Shown here in pieces: positions 46,103-55,806 of a DNA stretch of 64,000 nt. Made by a program: the position numbers and the translations under genes. The stretch is from Steroidobacteraceae bacterium (GTDB taxonomy: Bacteria; Pseudomonadota; Gammaproteobacteria; Steroidobacterales; Steroidobacteraceae): NCBI GenBank assembly GCA_035300345.1, contig DATGVM010000022.1, forward strand, positions 27,365 to 91,364, given 5' to 3'. Under the pieces are notes generated by a model. It had not been told where the DNA came from. It was given only the letters and a program-made list of their open reading frames with translations, and searched no databases. The first letter of the stretch is position 1, and each line of letters opens with the position of its first letter.

Positions 46103-47230
46103 ATGATCTTCACGCGACGACTCCGGCAATTGACTCCCTGGACGGTAGCGCTGTGCGCCACGCTGCTGGCGGCCTGTGGCGGCGGCTACGGCGGCGGGGG
46201 CGGCGGGGGTGGTGGTTGCGGCGCGTATGGCTCCTGCGCACCGACGGTGACGATGACGACCACCGCGGGCACAGTGAGCGGCACGGTCGCGCTCGCGGCG
46301 ACGGCCATGGCGGCCGGTACCTATACCGTGACGAGTGTGCAATTCAAGGTCGACGGCACCGCTGTCGGCGCCGCCGATACCACCGCGCCCTACGGCTACA
46401 GTTGGGATTCGAGCTCGGTGGCCGATGGTGCCCACATGATCAGTGCCACGGTCATGGATTCGGTGGGCCAGACGGCCACCTCAGCCAGCGTGACTCTCAC
46501 GGTCAACAACGCCGGGACCTATCCAGTGACGCTGACTTCCGGCCTGCTGTTCCCGGCCGTGACGACGGCCGCGACCGGTAGCGGCAGCTTTACGGTCAAC
46601 TATGCCAACGGCAGCACCACCGGGAGCGTGACGCTCGCCGGCATCACGCCCACGGCCGTGGAGTTCGGCGATGCCTACGCCGGCTCCAGCAGCGCCGCGG
46701 TGTTCGCCTTGACTGCGGATGGCACCGTCGCAAATCAGTGGGACGTGCCCGCATCCACCACCCTCGATGCCGGCCAGCGCGCCGATCTCGCCGCCGGGAA
46801 ACTTTACGTGCTGGTGCGCTCGGCCGCCAACCCGAACGGCGAGCTGCGCGCGCAGCTCCTGCCCACGGGATTCAGCATCAAGGTCGCGGCGCTGACGGGT
46901 GCGGAGGAAGTGCCCGCGGTGGTGAGCGCCGCCAGCGGGATGGTCGCGGTCACGGTGAACAGCACCGGGATGATGGCATCCGTGCATGTCAATGTGAGCG
47001 GCATCAGCGCCACGATGGCCGAGCTGGATACCGGCGCTGTGGGGGCGATCGGCGTGCAGCTGGCGCCCCTGGTGGTGGATGGGCTGGATCCCAATCACTA
47101 CTTTGCAAACGGCGTGACGCTCATGGCCCAGAACGTCACCGACTACAACAATGGGATGTGGTACGCAAACGTGATTTCGGCTGCGCACGTCACGGGTGAG
47201 TTGCGCGGCCAGATCGTCAATGCCCCCTGA
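46103..47230 (+). CDS. lipoprotein with glycine-rich linker, Ig-like domain and two CHRD domains
   Basis: The start MIFTRRLRQLTPWTVALCATLLAACGG contains a lipobox. The Ig-like segment is YTVTSVQFKVDGTAVGAADTTAPYGYSWDSS. The CHRD-like segments end in GELRAQL and GELRGQI. The track ORF begins upstream at 45803, inside the convergent gene. Confidence 0.75.
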   Translation: MIFTRRLRQLTPWTVALCATLLAACGGGYGGGGGGGGGCGAYGSCAPTVTMTTTAGTVSGTVALAATAMAAGTYTVTSVQFKVDGTAVGAADTTAPYGYSWDSSSVADGAHMISATVMDSVGQTATSASVTLTVNNAGTYPVTLTSGLLFPAVTTAATGSGSFTVNYANGSTTGSVTLAGITPTAVEFGDAYAGSSSAAVFALTADGTVANQWDVPASTTLDAGQRADLAAGKLYVLVRSAANPNGELRAQLLPTGFSIKVAALTGAEEVPAVVSAASGMVAVTVNSTGMMASVHVNVSGISATMAELDTGAVGAIGVQLAPLVVDGLDPNHYFANGVTLMAQNVTDYNNGMWYANVISAAHVTGELRGQIVNAP

Positions 47231-47236
47231 GGCGCT

Positions 47237-48538
47237 TCAGGCGGGCGCGAAGGGCCAGAAGTAGACCAGGGCCGCGAGCGCGAGGCAGGCGAGGGCGGCC
47301 AGCAGCAGGCTGGAGACGACCGCCGCGCGGAAGCGGCCGCGGCCGACGACGGCGACTATCGCGGTCTTGACCAGCGTATTCACCGCGACCCCGGCGCTGA
47401 CCGCGGCGGCCGGATCGCGCCAGCCGCCCACGGTTGGCCCACCGCGACTGATGGCGATGGTCATGGCATCGACGTCCACCAGGGAGGCGATGCTCGCTAC
47501 GGCAAAGCTTCCGGCCGCGCCCAACCAGGCGCGCGCGGCCGGCACGAGCAGCAGCACGAGGGCAAACAGCAGCGCGAAGCTGAGCGCGGCCCACAGGCTG
47601 AATGGATTGCTGGCGACGGCGGGCCTGAGCGCGCCGCTCTCAGCGTCGCGCCGCCGCCCGATCGCCCAGGCGGCCAGCAGGCTGATCACCGCCATCGCCC
47701 CGACGGCGGGCAGGAGTCGCGGCAGAATGCCGGCGCCGGCGGCCGCGGCCAGTACCGTGACACGCAAGGCCATGACGGCCGAGGCGAGTGCGGCAGCCAT
47801 GGCGGCACTGCGCTCGAGTGCCGGTTCGGCGCGGCTCCGCTGCGCCATCGCCACCGTCACGGCCGTGCTCGATACCAGCGCGCCGCCCAGCCCGGCGACC
47901 AGCAGGCCACGCCGCTCCCCGAGCAGGCGCGAGGCGATGAACCCGACAAAGGAGAAGGCCGAGACCAGGATGACCACGAGCCAGATGTCGAACGGATTCC
48001 AGGCGCCCCACGGACCATAGCCGCGGTCGGGCAGGAGCGGCAGCACGATGCAGGTGATCACGCCGAGTTCCAGCACCGCGTTCAGTTCCTGAGCACTCAG
48101 CGCTCGCGAAAAGCGCTCGAGCTGTGCCTTGGCGGTCAGCAGCGTGGTGACGGCAATCCCGGCGCAGGCCGCGAGCAGCGGTTGTCCGGAACCGGCCAGC
48201 GCGCCGAGCAGGAAGGTCACCAGGGCGGCCATTTCCGTCGTCGAGCCCGGCGCACCGGCCGCGGAGCCGCGCCAGTAGGCGATGAGGGCGAGCGAGGCGA
48301 CGGCCAGGAAGCTGACGATCAGGGGTACGATCCCCCAGGGTGCGAGCATCAGCGCCGGGACCGCTCCGGCGAGTGCCAGCAGCGAAAAGGTGCGCACGCC
48401 GGCGAACCGCCGGGGCGGCTGGAGCGAATCGCTCCGTTCGCGTTCCAGGCCGATCAGGAAGCCGACCAGCAGCGCCACCAGCAGATCCAGGGCCGCGCCG
48501 CCACGATGCGATTCCAATGCGGTCGCGAGCGCATTCAT
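47237..48538 (-). CDS. MgtC/SapB family membrane protein with DUF4010-like C-terminal region
   Basis: 433 aa, about 10 TM segments. N-terminal LLVGFLIGLERE motif typical of MgtC/SapB. Confidence 0.7.
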   Translation of the reverse strand: MNALATALESHRGGAALDLLVALLVGFLIGLERERSDSLQPPRRFAGVRTFSLLALAGAVPALMLAPWGIVPLIVSFLAVASLALIAYWRGSAAGAPGSTTEMAALVTFLLGALAGSGQPLLAACAGIAVTTLLTAKAQLERFSRALSAQELNAVLELGVITCIVLPLLPDRGYGPWGAWNPFDIWLVVILVSAFSFVGFIASRLLGERRGLLVAGLGGALVSSTAVTVAMAQRSRAEPALERSAAMAAALASAVMALRVTVLAAAAGAGILPRLLPAVGAMAVISLLAAWAIGRRRDAESGALRPAVASNPFSLWAALSFALLFALVLLLVPAARAWLGAAGSFAVASIASLVDVDAMTIAISRGGPTVGGWRDPAAAVSAGVAVNTLVKTAIVAVVGRGRFRAAVVSSLLLAALACLALAALVYFWPFAPA

Positions 48539-48556
48539 GCGCGCAGGCTCGCCCGA

Positions 48557-49270
48557 TCAGTTCTTCCCCGCGCCGGCGCCCGCGCGGGTGATGGCACCTG
48601 TGTCCTGGTTGACGAGACCCTGACGGATCGCATACACGGTGACTCCCGCCGTGTTGTGCAGGCCCAGCTTGCGCATCAGGTTGGAGCGGTGCTTTTCCAC
48701 CGTCTTCACGGACAGGCGCAAGGCATTGGCGATGACCTTGTTGGTCTGCCCCTGGCCGATTCGCGCCAGCACTTCGCGCTGGCGCGGGGTGATGAGCGCG
48801 GCGCTCTTGGAGAAGCGCACCGCGCATCGTTCCGCATATTGGCGCAGGATGGTCGATTCCACCGTGTCGCTGAAGAATCGCCGCCCGGAATGGACGACCC
48901 GCAGGGCCTCGAGCAATTCCGAGTAGCCGTCTTCCTTCAGCAGATAGGCGTGGGCGCCGGCCGACATGGCGAGGCGCAGGTGTGCCTCGCTCGTCTCGCT
49001 CGTGAGCACCAGCAGGCGCGCCCTCGATCCGGCCTTGCGCAGCGCGGCCAGCAGGTCCATCGCGGAGCGTCCGCCGAGCTGCAACTCGGTCACCACGAGC
49101 CCTGGATCGGCCTGCGCGGCGAACACCAGCGCTTCCTCCACGTTGTCGGTCGCGCCGACGACCTCGATGCCCGGCTCGGAGGAGAGGGCGGCCTGCAGGC
49201 CGCTGCGCACCATGGCGTGGTGGTCCACGATCAGCACGCGAATTCGGGCCGGGGCCGCCTCATCGTTCAT
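48557..49270 (-). CDS. LuxR/NarL-family response regulator with atypical (Glu-for-Asp) receiver
   Basis: Start MNDEAAPARIRVLIVDHH at 49270. The receiver aligns to NarL but has VVTELQLGG where DLxMPG is expected (E62 codon at 49085-49087), and VD instead of DD in the acidic pocket. The C-terminal HTH is LTPRQREVLARIGQGQTNKVIANALRLSVKTVEKHRSNLMRKLG. Confidence 0.85.
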   Translation of the reverse strand: MNDEAAPARIRVLIVDHHAMVRSGLQAALSSEPGIEVVGATDNVEEALVFAAQADPGLVVTELQLGGRSAMDLLAALRKAGSRARLLVLTSETSEAHLRLAMSAGAHAYLLKEDGYSELLEALRVVHSGRRFFSDTVESTILRQYAERCAVRFSKSAALITPRQREVLARIGQGQTNKVIANALRLSVKTVEKHRSNLMRKLGLHNTAGVTVYAIRQGLVNQDTGAITRAGAGAGKN

Positions 49271-49286
49271 GCAGCGCTCTGCAGCT

Positions 49287-49706
49287 TCAGTGCCGCGCGC
49301 CCGGCGCCAGCCCGTCGAGCAGCGGCCGGATGACGGCCTCGAGGTCCGCGGTGTCGAAGGGCTTGGCCAGCGAGGCGTCCGCTCCGGCCTTGGTGGCGGC
49401 GGCCAGGTAGGCACGCGTCGATACCGCTTCGGGCCGGTAGCCGGCGAGCTCAAAATTGCCACCACCGGAGATGGCGACGATGCGCACCGAGGGGTATTCG
49501 GCCCGGAGCCTCCGGATCAGTTCCACGCCGTCGGTGCCGGGCATGATGACATCGACGATCACCAGATCCGTGGGCTGGCTGCGCAGCTGGATGAGCGCCG
49601 CGTCCGCGTCGGGGGCGGTGTTTACGATCACCGCGTCACTCTCGAGCACGCGTTTAAGCGCATCGCGGACGAAGGGTTCATCGTCGATGATCAGCAGATG
49701 CTTCAT
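49287..49706 (-). CDS. single-domain CheY-like response regulator
   Basis: MKHLLIIDDEPFVRDAL..., DLVIVDVIMPGTDG, ...KPF. About 140 aa. The track ORF is extended upstream in frame. Confidence 0.85.
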   Translation of the reverse strand: MKHLLIIDDEPFVRDALKRVLESDAVIVNTAPDADAALIQLRSQPTDLVIVDVIMPGTDGVELIRRLRAEYPSVRIVAISGGGNFELAGYRPEAVSTRAYLAAATKAGADASLAKPFDTADLEAVIRPLLDGLAPGARH

Positions 49707-50545
49707 GCCTCGCGTACCTCCAGCATGTGATCCAACTCCAGGCTGCTTACCAGGCGATGCTCCACCGCAAAGCGCGTGACCGCCGCGGCGCTCCTCAGTC
49801 CCAGGCGGCGCATCAGCGTGGTGCGGTACTTCTCCACCGCCTTCAGACCTCGTCCAGCGTCCTGCGCGATGCGCCAGGTGGGCACGCCGAGGGCAATATA
49901 GCGCAGCACGCGGCAGGCTTCGCTGTCCAGATCGGGATTCACCATCGCCTCCGGAGGCGTGCAGTGCTCGAGCCAGTCGCCGATCACCGCCTCCCAGACA
50001 TTGCCACAGACGGTGCGCCGTCCGGCCGCCGCCCGGCGCACGGCCCGCAGCAACTCGGAACGCGGTGAGTCCTTGCACACATAGCCGATGGCGCCTCCGA
50101 TGAAGGCGGCGCGCACATATTCAAGCGAGTCGTGCCCGGAAAGCACCAGGAGGGTGGCATCGGGCGCCCCCTTGCGGATGGCCTGCACGGCCTGGCTGCC
50201 GGAGATGCCCGGCAGATTCAGGTCGCAGATCACGAGGGCAGGCTTGACCGAGCGCACCAGGGCGAGGGCCGCGCCCACATCTCCGGCGCTGCCCACGATC
50301 TCGAGGTCAGGCTCCAGCGCGAGCAGCGCGCCGATCCCGTCGCGCACCACGACGTGGTCGTCCACCAGCACGATGCGGCAGCGTGCGGCCCCATGGTGGC
50401 CGCGCCGGTCGGGCCACAGCTGCGGCCGGGCATTGCGGCGCAACTTGCGCCGCTCGCGCGATGCCACCGTGCGCCCTTGCAACTTTACGGCCACGATCGC
50501 TGCCTGAGTGAGGTCCACGTTTGCTGTGTTAGCGAGTGGGCCCAT
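49703..50545 (-). CDS. LuxR/NarL-family response regulator
   Basis: Receiver IVLVDDHVVVRDG, VICDLNLPGISG, YVCKD. HTH RVLRYIALGVPTWRIAQDAGRGLKAVEKYRTTLMRRLG. The start codon is uncertain; 50545 is the most upstream ATG. Confidence 0.8.
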   Translation of the reverse strand: MGPLANTANVDLTQAAIVAVKLQGRTVASRERRKLRRNARPQLWPDRRGHHGAARCRIVLVDDHVVVRDGIGALLALEPDLEIVGSAGDVGAALALVRSVKPALVICDLNLPGISGSQAVQAIRKGAPDATLLVLSGHDSLEYVRAAFIGGAIGYVCKDSPRSELLRAVRRAAAGRRTVCGNVWEAVIGDWLEHCTPPEAMVNPDLDSEACRVLRYIALGVPTWRIAQDAGRGLKAVEKYRTTLMRRLGLRSAAAVTRFAVEHRLVSSLELDHMLEVREA

Positions 50546-50882
50546 TGTAGCGTGGCGCGGCCGCGGCGGTAGGCGCCGTGACGATCGGCTGCGGCGTCGT
50601 GAAGCGCGAGTCCTCGATGGGGTGATTCACGGTAAAGGTGTCAAAGAACATCTTGTGGGACTGCGTGCCGTTGTCCACGGGCGTCTCGTACACGAAGGGA
50701 ACCATCAGGCCCTGCACGGGGCGGAAGTCACGCTCAGTTACCCACGCATTGCGCATGCGACCGTCCATGCGCCGCGGTCGCTTCATTTCAAGGGTATGAG
50801 GCAGCAGCGCCCGTTCGTCTGCCGCGCTCTCGTCCGTGGCCGTAGTGGCGGCAAGGCGCAACTGCGTGACGGACGCGGTCAA
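50529..50882 (-). CDS. hypothetical protein (possibly a gene fragment)
   Basis: A 117-aa ORF between the kinase and regulator genes. It has no signal peptide and no domain I can name, and it overlaps the putative regulator start by 17 nt. Confidence 0.3.
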   Translation of the reverse strand: MTASVTQLRLAATTATDESAADERALLPHTLEMKRPRRMDGRMRNAWVTERDFRPVQGLMVPFVYETPVDNGTQSHKMFFDTFTVNHPIEDSRFTTPQPIVTAPTAAAAPRYNGPTR

Positions 50883-50957
50883 GCCGGTATTGGCAATGCT
50901 GGCGCTGCGAGCGGCCGGGTCGGCGGTCCCGCGCTTAGGCCGGCAAGACGTCTTGTG

Positions 50958-52439
50958 TTATGTCAGCGCGGGCAGGGCCGGAAAGAAAACGCTGAAGGTG
51001 CTGCCGCTGCCGATGGCACTCTCGACGAAGATGCGGGCACCCAGGCTCTCGGTGATGCCCTGGACCACGGACAGACCCAGTCCCGTGCCCTCTCCGACCG
51101 GGCGGGTCGTAAAAAACGGCTCGAAGATGCGTGCCGCGGTGGCCGGATCCATGCCTGTGCCGGTATCGCGAACGGCGAGCATCACGTAGCGCCCGGGCGC
51201 AAGGCCCGCGCGTTCGGCGTCCCGCAGCTCGACATCCGCGACGCTCACGGTGATCGCGCCCGGGGCTGCGCCAATCGACTGATACGCGTTCTTGCACAGG
51301 TTCATGACCAGCTGCAGCACCAGTCCGCGATCGGCCTGGACCGCGGAGCCGCCGGGTTCATAGCGTCCATCAATCTTGCAATTGGGGGAGATTAGGGGGC
51401 GCAGCAGGCGCAGCGCCTCTTCGGCCACCGACCGCAAATCAACGCGCTCCATCGCCAGGTCGCTGATGTCGCGGCTGAAGGCGAGAATCTGCTTGACCAG
51501 GGCGCGGGCGCGGCGCGCGGCGGTGAGTATGGTCGTCACATCGGCGCGGGATTCATCTCCTTCGGGCAGGCGCTTGAGGACCAGCTCGCTCAGGAGCGTG
51601 ATCGGCACCAGCACGTTGTTGAACTCGTGGGCGATGCCACCGGCCAGGGTGCCCACGATCTCCACGCGCTGCTGGTGCCGCAGCTGGCGCTCCAGGCCGA
51701 CCCGTCGTTCCTCGATCAGCTCTTTTTCCCGGATCTGCGTGCGCAGCTGCTCGTTCGCGCCGACCAGCTCGGCGCGCATGCGGTCCAGCCCGACCGACAG
51801 CTCGTGCACTTCGCGCACCGGGGTCGGCAGGCGCAGTTCGCTGGCATAGTCCCCGCTCGTGATGCGTCGCGCCGCCGCCTGCAGGCGACGCAGCGAGCGC
51901 GCCAGCAGGTACCCGGATATCGACGCGGCGAATGCCGAGAGGCCCAGGCCGGTGGACAGGATCCACAGCATCTGGCGTTTCGCCTTGCCGAACGTGGCCT
52001 CGGTCAGCCGCTCGTCGAACCCCAGGCGCAGCTGCAGCGTGCCCCCAGGCCGGACGACCGATCTTCTGGTGAAGAAGATGCCGTCGTCATTTTGCGCAAA
52101 GACCACGTCTTCGACTTCGGGAAAGCGGATTCCGCTCGGACCCAGTGCGCTGCGCAGCTGTACGCCCGGCCCGATCAGCTCGGCGTAGACGCCGTCGCCA
52201 TTCAGAATGACCGTATCAAGCAGTTCGAGTTCGAGTGTGCGTGACTCGGCGACTCGCGCCACCTCAAGCTGCTCGGCGATCAGGCGCGCAAAGGTGTGCA
52301 CCTTTTCCAGGAAAAGCGTCTCGTGGCTTTTCTGGACGACGGCCCCGAGGCTGATGTACAGCACCGAGAGGAGTGAAGCGAGACCCACGAGCACCAGCGC
52401 CGCCATGCCGGTTGCCAGCCCCACTCTTACTGTGGCCAT
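50958..52439 (-). CDS. membrane sensor histidine kinase (TM-sensor-TM-HAMP-HisKA-HATPase)
   Basis: H-box GGIAHEFNNVLVPI, N-box NLCKNAYQS, G-boxes DTGTGMD and GTGLGLS. It has an N-terminal TM and a second TM before the HAMP-like segment. Confidence 0.9.
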   Translation of the reverse strand: MATVRVGLATGMAALVLVGLASLLSVLYISLGAVVQKSHETLFLEKVHTFARLIAEQLEVARVAESRTLELELLDTVILNGDGVYAELIGPGVQLRSALGPSGIRFPEVEDVVFAQNDDGIFFTRRSVVRPGGTLQLRLGFDERLTEATFGKAKRQMLWILSTGLGLSAFAASISGYLLARSLRRLQAAARRITSGDYASELRLPTPVREVHELSVGLDRMRAELVGANEQLRTQIREKELIEERRVGLERQLRHQQRVEIVGTLAGGIAHEFNNVLVPITLLSELVLKRLPEGDESRADVTTILTAARRARALVKQILAFSRDISDLAMERVDLRSVAEEALRLLRPLISPNCKIDGRYEPGGSAVQADRGLVLQLVMNLCKNAYQSIGAAPGAITVSVADVELRDAERAGLAPGRYVMLAVRDTGTGMDPATAARIFEPFFTTRPVGEGTGLGLSVVQGITESLGARIFVESAIGSGSTFSVFFPALPALT

Positions 52440-52457
52440 GCTGCCCGCCGTGCCGTG

Positions 52458-53258
52458 CTATTCGGTCCCGGCCTCGTCGGCGAAGCTCATGCCCACCGTG
52501 CTGAACCCGCTGTCGACGTAGAGGATCTCGCCGGTGACACCGGCGGCCATGCCGGAGCACAGGAACGTGGCGGCATTGCCAACGTCCTCGATGGAGACGT
52601 TGCGGCGCAGCGGCGCGACCCGGGCGACATAGCCGAGCATCTTGCGAAATCCACCGACGCCGGCGCCCGAGAGCGTCTTGATCGGCCCGGCCGAGATGCC
52701 ATTGACGCGGATGTCCCGGGGGCCCAGGTCGGCGGCGAGAAAGCGCACGTTGGCCTCGAGGCTCGCCTTGGCCAGTCCCATGACGTTGTAGTTCGGAATC
52801 GAGCGCACGGCGCCGAGGTAGGAGAGCGTCAGCATAGCGCCGGGGCGGCCCGCCATCAGCGGGGCGGTCGCGCGGGCCAGGGCCGTGAAGCTGTAGCTGG
52901 AAATATCGTGGGCGATGCGGAACGCCTCGCGCGAGGTGTTGGCGGTGAAGCTCCCGTCGATGGCCTCGCGCGGTGCAAAGGCGACGGCGTGCACGAGAAT
53001 GTCGAGCTGCCCCCATTCCTGTGTGAGCCGCGCGGCCATCGCCTCGATCTGCTCATCGACCGTGACGTCGAGGGGCATGGTGAGGCGTTCGCCCAGCGAT
53101 TGCGCCAGCGGCTCGACCCGCTCGCGAAACCGGTCGTTGGCGTAGGTGAAGGCCAGCTGTGCGCCGTGGGCGTGCATGGCCTGGGCAATGCCCCAGGCGA
53201 TCGAACGGTCGGTTGCGACGCCGACGATCAGCGCCCGCTTCCCCTCCAGGATCCCCAT
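52458..53258 (-). CDS. fabI: enoyl-[acyl-carrier-protein] reductase (NADH)
   Basis: [26 protein letters not shown]..., [32 protein letters not shown]. Confidence 0.95.
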   Translation of the reverse strand: MGILEGKRALIVGVATDRSIAWGIAQAMHAHGAQLAFTYANDRFRERVEPLAQSLGERLTMPLDVTVDEQIEAMAARLTQEWGQLDILVHAVAFAPREAIDGSFTANTSREAFRIAHDISSYSFTALARATAPLMAGRPGAMLTLSYLGAVRSIPNYNVMGLAKASLEANVRFLAADLGPRDIRVNGISAGPIKTLSGAGVGGFRKMLGYVARVAPLRRNVSIEDVGNAATFLCSGMAAGVTGEILYVDSGFSTVGMSFADEAGTE

Positions 53259-53261
53259 CCG

Positions 53262-54950
53262 TCAGCCGCGCCCGTTGACGAAGGCCACCAGTTTTTGCCC
53301 GGGGCGGATCGCCCCATTCGTGGAGATGCCGTTCCAGCCCAGCAGGTCGCGCACCGTGACCTGCAGCAGGCGTGCGATGCTATAGAGGGTGTCGCCCCGG
53401 CGCACCGTGTAGGTGACCTGGCGGGCCCCTGGGCTGGCGCTGTTGGCGTTGCTGCGCGATCCGGCCGCTTCGGCACGCGGTGCCCGGCTCGAGACCACGA
53501 GACGCTGGCCGGCACGGATCGGATCGCCGACATCCAAGTTGTTCAGGCGCGCGAGCGTCGCGACATCGGTCCCCAGGCGGTGAGCGATGCCGTAGAGCGT
53601 ATCGCCGCGACGCACGACGTGCAGGCCGTGGCGTGAGCCGCGACGCCCGCCCATCCGGCCCGGACGATCGACCAGCGCCGCGGCGCGCATGGCCTTCTCC
53701 GGCAGCTCGATCGTGGCCGATGGAACCAGCAGCTCGGAGCCGATGACCAGCTTTTCCTTGCTGTCCATGTTGTTCAGATGCCGCAGCAATTCCGGGGTGG
53801 TCGAGTATTGCGTGGCGATCGAGGCGATCGTGTCGCCGTGGTTCACCTGGTAGCGGGCGACGCGCATGCGCTGCTCGGGCGTGAGGCTGAGCAGCGTCTG
53901 CTCCAGGCCATCGGCGGCCTCGACCGGGACCAGCAGGCTGTAAGGCCCGGTCGGATCAGTCGCCCAGCGATGGAAGGCCGGATTGAGCGCGTAGAGATCG
54001 TCCTTGCTGATGCCGGCGATCTCGGCGACCACCTGCAGATCGATCTGTCCGCCGGTGGCCACCTGCGCGAAATAGGGCTCGTCCGAGATCTGGCTGAACT
54101 CCAGGCCATAAGCGGCCGGGTCGGCCACGATGCGGCGCATCGCCAGGAGCTTGGGCACGTAGGAGCGCGTCTCGTGCGGCAGTTTAAGATGCCAGAAATC
54201 CGTGGGGCGGCCTGCGCGCAGATTCCGGTTCACCGCCCGCTGCACATTGCCTTCGCCGCAGTTGTAGGCCGCGATGGCCAGCAGCCAGTCGCCATCGAGG
54301 TCATCGTGCAGGGCCTGCAGGTAATCGAGCGCGGCGCGCGTCGAAGCCGCCACGTCGCGGCGGCCGTCATACCACCAGTCCTGCTTCAGGCCGTAGAGGG
54401 AGCCGGTGCCGGGGATGAATTGCCACAGGCCCGAGGCGCGCGCCCGCGAGTAGGCATAGGGTTCGAAGGCGCTCTCGACCACCGGCAGCAGGGCCAGCTC
54501 CAGCGGCATCGAGCGGGCGTTGAGCTGCTCGACGATATAGTGCAGGTATGGCTCGGAGCGGGTCCAGGTGCGCTCCAGGTAATCCGGGTGGTTGGCGTAC
54601 CAGTTGAGTTCGCGATCGACGATGGTCTCGTCGGCATCCTCGAGCTTGAACCCGGCCCGCAACCGCACGAACAGGTCGGGAGGCGGCGGCGCCACCAGCG
54701 AGTGATCACTGATGGTCGGCGGGTCGACCGGCTGCACCGCCGCGGCCGCTTCTTCAGGCAGAGGGGGAAGGGTTGCCTCAGGGGTCAGATCGGGCGGGGC
54801 CGCTTCTTCGAGCGGCGGGCTGGGCAGCACCGTGACCGTGACCGGGAATCGCTCTTCGGGCGCGCGAGGCTGATGGGCACAGCCGCCCAGTGCCAGGAGC
54901 GCGAGCACAGCAGCCAGCGCAGTATCGAGGGGTCGAATCGGCTTAGACAA
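53262..54950 (-). CDS. mltD: membrane-bound lytic murein transglycosylase D with three LysM domains
   Basis: Lipobox LALGGC. SLT motif VVESAFEPYAYSRARASGLWQF...AYNCGEG. LysM repeats YQVNHGDTIASIA, HVVRRGDTLYGIA, YTVRRGDTLYSIA. Confidence 0.9.
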   Translation of the reverse strand: MSKPIRPLDTALAAVLALLALGGCAHQPRAPEERFPVTVTVLPSPPLEEAAPPDLTPEATLPPLPEEAAAAVQPVDPPTISDHSLVAPPPPDLFVRLRAGFKLEDADETIVDRELNWYANHPDYLERTWTRSEPYLHYIVEQLNARSMPLELALLPVVESAFEPYAYSRARASGLWQFIPGTGSLYGLKQDWWYDGRRDVAASTRAALDYLQALHDDLDGDWLLAIAAYNCGEGNVQRAVNRNLRAGRPTDFWHLKLPHETRSYVPKLLAMRRIVADPAAYGLEFSQISDEPYFAQVATGGQIDLQVVAEIAGISKDDLYALNPAFHRWATDPTGPYSLLVPVEAADGLEQTLLSLTPEQRMRVARYQVNHGDTIASIATQYSTTPELLRHLNNMDSKEKLVIGSELLVPSATIELPEKAMRAAALVDRPGRMGGRRGSRHGLHVVRRGDTLYGIAHRLGTDVATLARLNNLDVGDPIRAGQRLVVSSRAPRAEAAGSRSNANSASPGARQVTYTVRRGDTLYSIARLLQVTVRDLLGWNGISTNGAIRPGQKLVAFVNGRG

Positions 54951-55083
54951 ATTGTTCCATCCCAGTGCCGGGCCGATAACATGTTACGGTATGGGCGCCG
55001 GATACTAATGTGATCCGGCTGACCTATTTAACCCGTAAGTTCACATAATTGCTAGCGTTTTTGGGCAGGGGATCACAGTCTCG

Positions 55084-55806
55084 ATGCGCACGGCCGAATA
55101 CTCCCCGGGATTGGCCAACTGGCAGGCGGGGGCGCTCGGGCGGGCCGTTGCGCTCGTCGAAGCGCAGCTGCTGGCCAACGCGATGGATGACGTGTTCGGC
55201 CTCGAGCTGCTGCAGTTGGGCGCATGGGGCCGGGGACGGGAACTGCTGCGCGCGAGCCGCACCCGACACCATTGCCTCATCGGACCGGAAGGCCATGGCG
55301 GGGAAGGGCCCGATATCATTGCGCGACCGGCATCGCTCCCGATCGCCAGTGGCACGATCGATGCCATCCTCCTGCCGCATTGCCTGGAGATCGAAGCGGA
55401 CCCTCAGGCGGTGTTGCGGGAGGCGGACCGTGTGCTGCTGGGCGAGGGGCACCTGATCGTGCTCGGTTTTAATCCCTGGAGCCTGTGGGGATTGCGCGCC
55501 GCGGCGAGCCGGACCGGATTTCCGCCGGGCTTTAGCCGCCTGCTCTCGGAAGGGCGCCTGCGCGACTGGCTGGTGCTGCTCGGTTACGAAGTGAGCGCCG
55601 CGCACCGCTACCTGTATGCCCTGCCGTTCGAGCCGCGCGCCCGGGCCCGCGTCCCCGGCATGTTGCGCCGTGGGCTCATCAATCCCCTGCCTGCGGGCGG
55701 GTACCTGCTCAAGGCGCGCAAGCGCGTCTACGCGCTGACGCCGATCCGCCCGCGCCGGCGCGATACGCGGGCCCTGCTCGGTGGCCTGGTGAACCCGACC
55801 ACATGA
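55084..55806 (+). CDS. class I SAM-dependent methyltransferase (YafS-like)
   Basis: [28 protein letters not shown] parallels E. coli YafS. It holds the conserved position upstream of rnhA. Confidence 0.7.
   Translation: MRTAEYSPGLANWQAGALGRAVALVEAQLLANAMDDVFGLELLQLGAWGRGRELLRASRTRHHCLIGPEGHGGEGPDIIARPASLPIASGTIDAILLPHCLEIEADPQAVLREADRVLLGEGHLIVLGFNPWSLWGLRAAASRTGFPPGFSRLLSEGRLRDWLVLLGYEVSAAHRYLYALPFEPRARARVPGMLRRGLINPLPAGGYLLKARKRVYALTPIRPRRRDTRALLGGLVNPTT

Noticed and set aside
47640-49333. 395-aa (minus) and 383-aa (plus) ORFs overlapping the MgtC-like and LuxR genes
   Set aside because: They have Arg/Gly/Pro-rich low-complexity translations and overlap genes with clear TM topology or receiver/HTH motifs.
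52455-55013. 393-aa and 411-aa plus-strand ORFs
   Set aside because: They are antisense to fabI and mltD, both of which are unambiguous.
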